Assembly: GCA_016933055.1 (NCBI GenBank)
Contig: JAFGBS010000004.1
Location: forward strand, 30,001-62,000
From: Promethearchaeota archaeon
GTDB lineage: Archaea; Asgardarchaeota; Lokiarchaeia; Sigyniarchaeales; Promethearchaeaceae
Length of the DNA stretch: 32,000 nucleotides
Direction of reading: 5' to 3'
This document shows, one piece after another, positions 25,933 to 32,000 of the stretch; positions within the stretch are counted from its first letter, which is position 1; the number at the start of each line of letters is the position of its first letter. The translations under genes were made by a program, and so were the position numbers. The notes under the pieces were generated by a model that saw nothing but the letters and a program-made list of their open reading frames with translations, was not told where the DNA came from and searched no databases.

Positions 25933-27426
25933 ATGATGTCAAAATTTAACTTTAGACCAGAAGGCGTAATGCCTGCCCTTGTTACACCGTTTAACAAAGA
26001 TGAATCAATTAATGAAGAACAATTACGGGCACTTGTTCGTAGACATATTGAATTAGGGGTTACAGGGTTGGTGCCATGTGGTACGACGGGAGAATTTGTC
26101 AATATGACTTTTGAGGAACGCCTTAAAGTTATAAAAATCGTAGTGGATGAAGCGAATGGAAAAGTCCCAGTAATTGCAGGGACGGGTGAAACAGGAACAC
26201 AATTAGTCGTTGATGCTACAAAAAAAGCCACGGATCTAGGTGCAGATGCAGCAATAATTGTATCGCCATATTATTTGAAACCCAAAGCAAAAGGATTATA
26301 CGATCATTATGCGACAATTGCTGAAAAAACTGATATCCCGATAGTCATTTATAATATACCCATTTGTACTGGATACAGCATACCATGGACAGTTATCGAA
26401 GACTTAGTAGATATTGACAATATTGTCGCCGTGAAAGATTCTAGTGGAGATCATCGATATTTTGCAGCTTTATTAGAAAAAGTCAGTGATAAAATCTCGG
26501 TATTAATTGGATGGGATGAGAATGTCTTGGCTGCTTTTACTGGAGGAGCTGCTGGACTGATTCTGGCATCAGCAAACGTGATTCCAGAGATATATCTGGA
26601 GATGTTTGATCTTGTAAAGAAGAACAAGTTGATAGAAGCACAGAACCTGATGAAAAAAATCCAAAAATTTACGCGCATGATTGCTGGTACGGGTGCACTT
26701 GGAGTTAAATCTTGTTTGAATATGATGAATGTACAGGTCGGAAAATGCCGTAAACCGATTATAATGGGAGATTCCTTATCATATGAATTACGGGATGAGT
26801 TTCGCATAGAGTTAGAAAAATTGGGTTATATTCAAAAGCGGGAAATCAAGTTCGAATTGGATGACAAGAAACTGACAAGTAGATTTTACAAAATTGGCGT
26901 TACTCCAGAAATTATCAAGAATTTCGATCTGAAAGTCGGAGAATCGTTGATTGGGGAGCGAATAGAATTAGCCCATATCGATTTACTGATTGGCGATAAA
27001 AAAGGCCCTGTAGGACAGGCTTATGCTCGTATTTTAACAGAATCTAATAAGGAAGAACAAGAAGGATTGCAAGTAATTCTTGAACCGAATATACAAGTCA
27101 AACCTGCTACAATTATGATACCTACAGTAAAACCCTCTTCTTTGCGTCATGCAAGCTTGGTTTATGGGCCTGCACAAGCAGCGATTGCAAAAGCTGTAAT
27201 GCAATGCGTTGAAGATGGGATTTTGGCTGAAAAATTATCTGAAGATCTCGTCATGATTGTAAATGTCTTTGTTCATCCCTCTGCAAGCAGTCGAAAGCGT
27301 ATATTTATTAATAATTACAAGGCAACACGTAATGCAATTCGTAAAGCTATGGAAGGGCAACCTAATGTAGAAGAGGCTTTAGAAAACAAGGAAAGTGCAC
27401 GACATCCCTTACGGAATGACCCGTAA
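25933..27426 (+). CDS. fae: Fusion of a DHDPS/NAL-family class I aldolase (about aa 1-300) and formaldehyde-activating enzyme Fae (about aa 333-497)
   Basis: N-terminal half: ALVTPF, GTTGE, PYY.KP, YNIP and Schiff-base KDS. C-terminal half: VGESLIG...AHIDLLIG, PN..VKP.T, GPAQAAIAKAV, VFVHP, NY.AT..AI.KA...P and HP, matching Fae including the catalytic His. Confidence 0.9.
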   Translation: MMSKFNFRPEGVMPALVTPFNKDESINEEQLRALVRRHIELGVTGLVPCGTTGEFVNMTFEERLKVIKIVVDEANGKVPVIAGTGETGTQLVVDATKKATDLGADAAIIVSPYYLKPKAKGLYDHYATIAEKTDIPIVIYNIPICTGYSIPWTVIEDLVDIDNIVAVKDSSGDHRYFAALLEKVSDKISVLIGWDENVLAAFTGGAAGLILASANVIPEIYLEMFDLVKKNKLIEAQNLMKKIQKFTRMIAGTGALGVKSCLNMMNVQVGKCRKPIIMGDSLSYELRDEFRIELEKLGYIQKREIKFELDDKKLTSRFYKIGVTPEIIKNFDLKVGESLIGERIELAHIDLLIGDKKGPVGQAYARILTESNKEEQEGLQVILEPNIQVKPATIMIPTVKPSSLRHASLVYGPAQAAIAKAVMQCVEDGILAEKLSEDLVMIVNVFVHPSASSRKRIFINNYKATRNAIRKAMEGQPNVEEALENKESARHPLRNDP

Positions 27427-27502
27427 TTATCTTTATTTTTCTTGTTTGGGAAAAAATTCACAAAAAACTAGAAAGTAAAGAACAATTTCATTATTTTTGA
27501 GA

Positions 27503-27787
27503 TTAACTTTCTACCTCTTCTTCTTCCTCTTCAGAGATTTCCCCGAAGATCTCATCCAACTTATCAGCTTTCATGTCATCAATACGTTTGATGAACTTTT
27601 TCCACGAATCCTTATCATTCAAAGTATTGCGTTTTTCATCCACTAATTTGTTGATCAGTTGGATAACTAAATCCGAATTTGTTCGGGCTTGTTTTTGTAT
27701 CTTCACAAAATAATCTAACGTCATTGCGATCTCTTCAGGTAATGTGAGTACCACCTTTCGATTATTTTCAGTTTTTGGTCTGCCCAT
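27503..27787 (-). CDS. Ribbon-helix-helix (CopG/MetJ-like) DNA-binding protein
   Basis: RKVVLTLPEEIAMTLD...NSDLVIQLI gives the strand-helix-helix pattern; acidic tail. Confidence 0.6.
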   Translation of the reverse strand: MGRPKTENNRKVVLTLPEEIAMTLDYFVKIQKQARTNSDLVIQLINKLVDEKRNTLNDKDSWKKFIKRIDDMKADKLDEIFGEISEEEEEEVES

Positions 27788-27849
27788 TAAGATCGCCTTT
27801 TTTTTGATTTAGATACTGATTTTTTGTCGTTTTGGAAAAATTTTTGATT

Positions 27850-28110
27850 TTATTCACGTAATACCTGTGAGAAATAATGTCGGCTCATGAATTTGGAATA
27901 AGTTTCCTGATCATGTTGTTCAAGGAATTCTTTATTAACTGGAGATTGATATTCCGACATTATAGCGAGAGATGGATTATCATTTGCTGTGTTAACCGGC
28001 TTCACGTATTCATATAGTTCTTGGAATAGCTCAATTCGTCGCAATTCTTTTCCAGTGACCTTTCTTTCCAATGTTTCTTCAAACCTATTCACATCGACAC
28101 ATTTCGACAT
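27850..28110 (-). CDS. Hypothetical protein (86 aa)
   Basis: ORF with ATG start, co-oriented with the RHH gene; no recognisable motif. Confidence 0.5.
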   Translation of the reverse strand: MSKCVDVNRFEETLERKVTGKELRRIELFQELYEYVKPVNTANDNPSLAIMSEYQSPVNKEFLEQHDQETYSKFMSRHYFSQVLRE

Positions 28111-28163
28111 TTTTTCAGATTCATCCCGTTTTTAGTTATTAAGTAATTAGTTGATCCAAACAC

Positions 28164-28179
28164 ACATATTTAAATATGT
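28164..28179. promoter_or_regulatory. Perfect 16-bp palindrome ACATATTTAAATATGT containing a TATA-like core, between divergent genes
   Basis: The sequence equals its own reverse complement; it lies between the starts at 28110 (-) and 28272 (+). Confidence 0.6.
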
Positions 28180-28271
28180 CGTAAAAACATAATATTTATT
28201 GTATATCAATGAAATAGATATGATCCAAATCAAATTCTAAATCGCATTTCTTTGCGTGGAAAGTGTTTAAC

Positions 28272-28520
28272 ATGGAAAACAAAAACCTAAACGAAATAGA
28301 AGAAGAAAATCTGAATCCTTTACAAGAAGATCTTGTAGGTATTTTGAAAAAGAACGGTCCACTTACTAGAAGTCAAATGGTAGATATGTTAAGTAAACCA
28401 AGGACTACAATCTATGATAATCTTTCGGGTTTAATTAACAGAGATATGGTAAAAAAATTCTCTAGACAAGTCAATACTCGTGGTAGACCTGTGGTATTCT
28501 TTAAACTTCACGAAGAGTAA
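28272..28520 (+). CDS. Winged-helix transcriptional regulator (TrmB/ArsR-like); ATG 28272 preferred over GTG 28263
   Basis: L...GPLTRSQMVDML.KPRTTIYDNL..L...MV.....RGRP...F gives an HTH plus wing. Confidence 0.8.
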   Translation: MENKNLNEIEEENLNPLQEDLVGILKKNGPLTRSQMVDMLSKPRTTIYDNLSGLINRDMVKKFSRQVNTRGRPVVFFKLHEE

Positions 28521-28536
28521 TTTTACAACAGTTTAA

Positions 28537-28559
28537 TTTTTATTTTATTTTATTTTTTT
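28537..28559 (+). terminator. Oligo-T archaeal terminator-like tract after the wHTH gene
   Basis: TTTTTATTTTATTTTATTTTTTT begins 16 nt after the stop codon. Confidence 0.4.
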
Positions 28560-28686
28560 ATATTCCACGATTTTTGTTTGAATAGGATTTTTAACTCCAA
28601 ATTAACGATTTATTGCACAAAAACGAAGGAATAAATTTTTTCTAAAGTACTAAAGTAATGTTACAAATTTTAGAAGAGAGTGAAAA

Positions 28687-29448
28687 ATGGTCGATTTTGA
28701 GCTGAGTAAGCTGTTAAATTACTGGATCACGCATAACAATTCACACATAAGAAATATGGAAAAATGGATAACAAGAATTAAAAATTCTGTTTCTGAAGAA
28801 ATAGGAGAAAAATTGATAGACGCAATTCAACATTTAAATGAAATGAACAATCTATTGGAATCTATAAAAATACATGAGGAAACAATTAAATACGATAAGA
28901 CTACGGAAAAAATGAAGACACAACAAGTAAAGTCATCAGTTGATACTCTAAAGACGATAAAAACTTTTAGATTGAAACAGATAGGAGTAATTCGGACACC
29001 CTACACAGACAACGCACCCTATCAACCAATTCAAGAAGATCAAGGTTTATTTAAAATTGTTATTGATCCCCAATATGTTGAGGGAATTCATAAACTCGAA
29101 CAATTTCGTTATATTTATGTACTCTATTATGTTCATCGCATTATCCAGAATCCAAGAAATGTCATTTCACCTTCTTGGACAGAAGGAATGAATGTAGGAA
29201 TATTCGCAAGTAGGTCACCAGTTCGTCCAAATTTAATAGGGCTTAGTGTTGTCCAGGTAAAAAAAATTTCAAATGATACAATTTTCACAACGGGGTTAGA
29301 TGTTTTTGATGAAACACCTTTACTTGATATAAAACCGTATATTAAAGATTTAGATTCAAAATGTGATGCAAATTATGGATGGATAGAGGATTTAGATGAA
29401 TATGAACATCTTCTTCTGCATATTAAAGGAATTCCTCATGATTATTAA
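28687..29448 (+). CDS. tsaA: TsaA/TrmO-like SAM-binding protein (tRNA m6t6A37 methyltransferase family) with an extra N-terminal helical His-containing domain
   Basis: IGVIRTPY, P.Q, G...LEQF.YIYVLYYVH, GIFASRSP.RPNLIGLSVV, GLDVFDETPLLDIKPY. Confidence 0.82.
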   Translation: MVDFELSKLLNYWITHNNSHIRNMEKWITRIKNSVSEEIGEKLIDAIQHLNEMNNLLESIKIHEETIKYDKTTEKMKTQQVKSSVDTLKTIKTFRLKQIGVIRTPYTDNAPYQPIQEDQGLFKIVIDPQYVEGIHKLEQFRYIYVLYYVHRIIQNPRNVISPSWTEGMNVGIFASRSPVRPNLIGLSVVQVKKISNDTIFTTGLDVFDETPLLDIKPYIKDLDSKCDANYGWIEDLDEYEHLLLHIKGIPHDY

Positions 29449-30288
29449 AGATAAGATCTCAAAATTTCCACTGTAAAAACAAAATATCTAGAGAGAGATC
29501 TATTTCCACTATTTCTACTATAAATAAAATATACAAATAATATATTTTATTTAATAAAAAAAATATACCCCATTGTTTTTCATTTTCATTTTATTTATAG
29601 ATCTCTAACAATCCATTAATCATAATTTCCTTAGAGGAACAAGCAATTAGTGAAAAATAATGTCGGATCTATACTTACATTAGAACCAAGGCTTCAATGA
29701 AAAACTTCACATCATAAAAAAAAAATTTCTCCAGGTTTTTTTCTTGAATGTAATTTTACAGTTGAACTAATTCTCTCTCCAACCCTGTCCTTACAAAATT
29801 TATATATTAAAAAATTTGCATGTTTTGAAATCAGCTTCAGTTTGCTCTTCTATAGTCATTTTTCTCTCACTTATAATGAGAGAAATCTCGATATCAGTTT
29901 CATCATTAGCTACTAATTATTATTATTGTTGATATTTATCGTATCTCCTCAAAATTCTTTTAATTTTTATAATTTTGATCATAATTTTTTTAAATTTCTT
30001 TAATCAATATGTATTTCGAATTCCTCAGGCTGAATTTGATTCTATCTATACTATTTTTCCTTATCCGACCTATTTCTACGTTAAATCGTTTCCCAAATAA
30101 GGTATTAATAGGATACCCATGAGTATACTCATAATGGAATTTCATGGGTTATAGGTGCACCTACGCCAAAAGAACCTATTTGAATTGTTTCGCAAATAGG
30201 TTTTTAGCGAAGCTCGTACGGATTAGGACCTTAGCTACAAGATTGATTAATTAAAAACAAAAAAAAGAAGGAGCCTTGCGAGTAATAT

Positions 30289-31461
30289 TTATTTTCCAGC
30301 ATCCAAATCAGGCTTGTATGTTAAACCCTTCCATTCAGTCGTTTTCTTAAACAATATTTCCAAAGTAGAGAAAATCATCGTTAAAATGAACACAACTTCG
30401 AGAATTGGAAGAAACAAATAGGTAATATAATAATGACGTCCTTTTTTATTCCAATAATGAGCAAAAACTAGTAGATGGAGAATATAGATCCCCCCAGTTA
30501 TCAAAATAAACAAAGATGTATGATAGTGGATGGATAGTAAAATCGCAAATGGCGTGAATATGCCCCATAACACAAACAATGTTGAAATAAGTATCTTTTT
30601 TGGCGATGTGATTCTTGTACCCGCATAAAGAACTTTCTTAATTCCCGTCCAGCAGTGTTTAATAGATTCTGGATACATTCTCGAGGATACTAATTCATGA
30701 TTTTCTAAATAATATAAACTTCCCAATTTAGTTTTTATAACTCTGGCAAATGCATAATCTTCAACTATACTGCCTTTTATGCTCTCATGTCCTCCACTTT
30801 CTTCATAAGCTTGACGAGTGAATAACATGTATTGTCCAGAAGCTAAGAAACTTCCTTGATTTTTACGATTGTTTACGTTTTTTGATCCCCCTGACGCTAC
30901 ATGAGACATGAAATAGTAGACTGGAACGATGGATTCCCAGTACTTTGACATTTTTTGATAAGGTAGAAGAGTTAATAGTCCTGCATTTGTCTCTTTACTG
31001 ATGCAGACTAATTTCCTTAAAGACTCAGGTTTGTGTTCTGTATCAGCATCTGTGAACAATAACAATTCACCTTTTGCTGCTTGATATCCAAGATGACAAG
31101 CCCAACTTTTCCCAACCCAGCCTTCTGGTAATCTTTCACTAATTTTAATGCAGTCTGGGTCAAGATATTGACTAGCAACATCAACAGTAGAATCTTTAGA
31201 TCCACCATCCACTAACACAATTTCATAATTCGGATAATCCAACGATTTTAGCGATTTTAAGCACTTACCAATGTTTTTTTCTTCATTATATGCTGGAATT
31301 ATAATACTTACGAATGGTAAATCGTATCGTGAACTCTTAAAATCAAATCCATTAGAATCATATCCAAAGGTTATCCCCCCATAATAAAATAAAATTATTA
31401 TCTCGATGGAGAAATATATTGTAGCAAGAACATTTAGGATTGTTATATCCACATAGCTCAC
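30289..31461 (-). CDS. Membrane GT2 glycosyltransferase (HpnB/CrtQ-like)
   Basis: SIIIPAYNEE, VDGGSKD, LPEGWVGKSWAC, FTDAD, GQYML and ED; TM helices at both termini. Confidence 0.88.
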   Translation of the reverse strand: MSYVDITILNVLATIYFSIEIIILFYYGGITFGYDSNGFDFKSSRYDLPFVSIIIPAYNEEKNIGKCLKSLKSLDYPNYEIVLVDGGSKDSTVDVASQYLDPDCIKISERLPEGWVGKSWACHLGYQAAKGELLLFTDADTEHKPESLRKLVCISKETNAGLLTLLPYQKMSKYWESIVPVYYFMSHVASGGSKNVNNRKNQGSFLASGQYMLFTRQAYEESGGHESIKGSIVEDYAFARVIKTKLGSLYYLENHELVSSRMYPESIKHCWTGIKKVLYAGTRITSPKKILISTLFVLWGIFTPFAILLSIHYHTSLFILITGGIYILHLLVFAHYWNKKGRHYYITYLFLPILEVVFILTMIFSTLEILFKKTTEWKGLTYKPDLDAGK

Positions 31462-31649
31462 CCAATTCTACGAATTAGATTGGAAATCATAAGATTTCCT
31501 TTTTTTTTAATATCCGACACTGCCAGTGTTGCGAACAATTTATTAAAAGATAAATCTATTTATATAACTATTGATTTGAATTTGTTATATGCTAGGAACT
31601 GTCAATTGAAAGTTAATCTTATTTAAACAATCCTTTAAAAGTGAAATTC

Positions 31650-32000
31650 ATGGGAACTCAAAAAAACTACACTATAAGAAAATTCTCACCAACTCGCAGA
31701 ATAATGACTGATTATTACGAAATTGCAGGTGAAAATCATCGTGTTATGGGATTAGTGGAGCTAGATATTTCGAAAGGACGAAAACGAATCCGTGAACTCA
31801 AAGAAGCGGGAAATAAAGTTAGCTTAACAAGTTGGGTAGCTAAGTGCGTCGGGAAAGCTGTGTCTGAGGATAAAAGATTTAATACTTTTCATAAAGGTAA
31901 TCACAAAATAATAACTTTTAACGAAGTGGATATGAGTGTGATGGTTGAGATCCCTAAAAAAGATGGAGGAAAAGTGCCATTCAACCACTGTGTTCGAAAT
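31650..32000 (+). CDS. 2-oxoacid dehydrogenase E2-like acyltransferase catalytic domain without a lipoyl domain; runs off the window's right edge
   Basis: Not in the ORF track. Manual translation MGTQKNYTIRKFSPTRRIMTDYY...VELDIS..R...SLTSWVAKCVGKAV...FN...V.MSVMVE is open to the end of the window and resembles the start of the E2 catalytic domain. Confidence 0.7.
   Translation, partial: MGTQKNYTIRKFSPTRRIMTDYYEIAGENHRVMGLVELDISKGRKRIRELKEAGNKVSLTSWVAKCVGKAVSEDKRFNTFHKGNHKIITFNEVDMSVMVEIPKKDGGKVPFNHCVRN

Noticed and set aside
29990-30145. 51-aa minus-strand ORF (MKFHYEYTHG...)
   Set aside because: No SD or recognisable motif, and such a length is expected by chance; left unannotated.
30164-30209. 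Hairpin as a Lokiarchaeal SECIS element or hammerhead ribozyme
   Set aside because: No tandem GA/K-turn core, no in-frame UGA in the adjacent genes, and no CUGANGA motif to pair with the CGAAAC.
374-31208. Many short ORFs in the track that overlap longer genes in another frame or on the opposite strand (for example 374-583, 3501-3839, 7259-7612, 12781-13146, 24811-25122, 26451-26807, 31017-31208)
   Set aside because: They lie within well-supported genes and show no motifs; most likely shadow ORFs.

Overview
Gene-dense, AT-rich archaeal chromosomal segment, most likely from an Asgard archaeon (Lokiarchaeia-like). The assignment is inferred from a profilin of the Asgard type together with TFB, topoisomerase VI, ABCE1, class I LysRS and an MglA-like small GTPase. 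Housekeeping genes: tfb (partial), yjjX, valS, tRNA-Ala(CGC), top6A/top6B, coaBC, ABCE1/rli1, lysS (class I), pckG and tsaA-like. No transposase, integrase, CRISPR array or rRNA was recognised. The strongest candidate for an undescribed system is a two-gene operon (24625-27426): an uncharacterised 427-aa protein followed by a DHDPS/NAL-family aldolase fused to formaldehyde-activating enzyme (Fae). The aldolase half lacks the DHDPS substrate arginine, which suggests a formaldehyde-releasing or formaldehyde-fixing aldolase coupled to H4MPT. Other leads: a profilin with an extra C-terminal domain in an apparent operon with two paralogous CCHH Zn proteins; a membrane-anchored subtilase with a site-1-protease-like layout; a roughly double-length Top6B with a HEAT/SHOCT-like ORF coupled to top6A; and an ABCE1 naturally missing one Fe-S cysteine. 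All calls come from motif recognition by eye; no database search was run.
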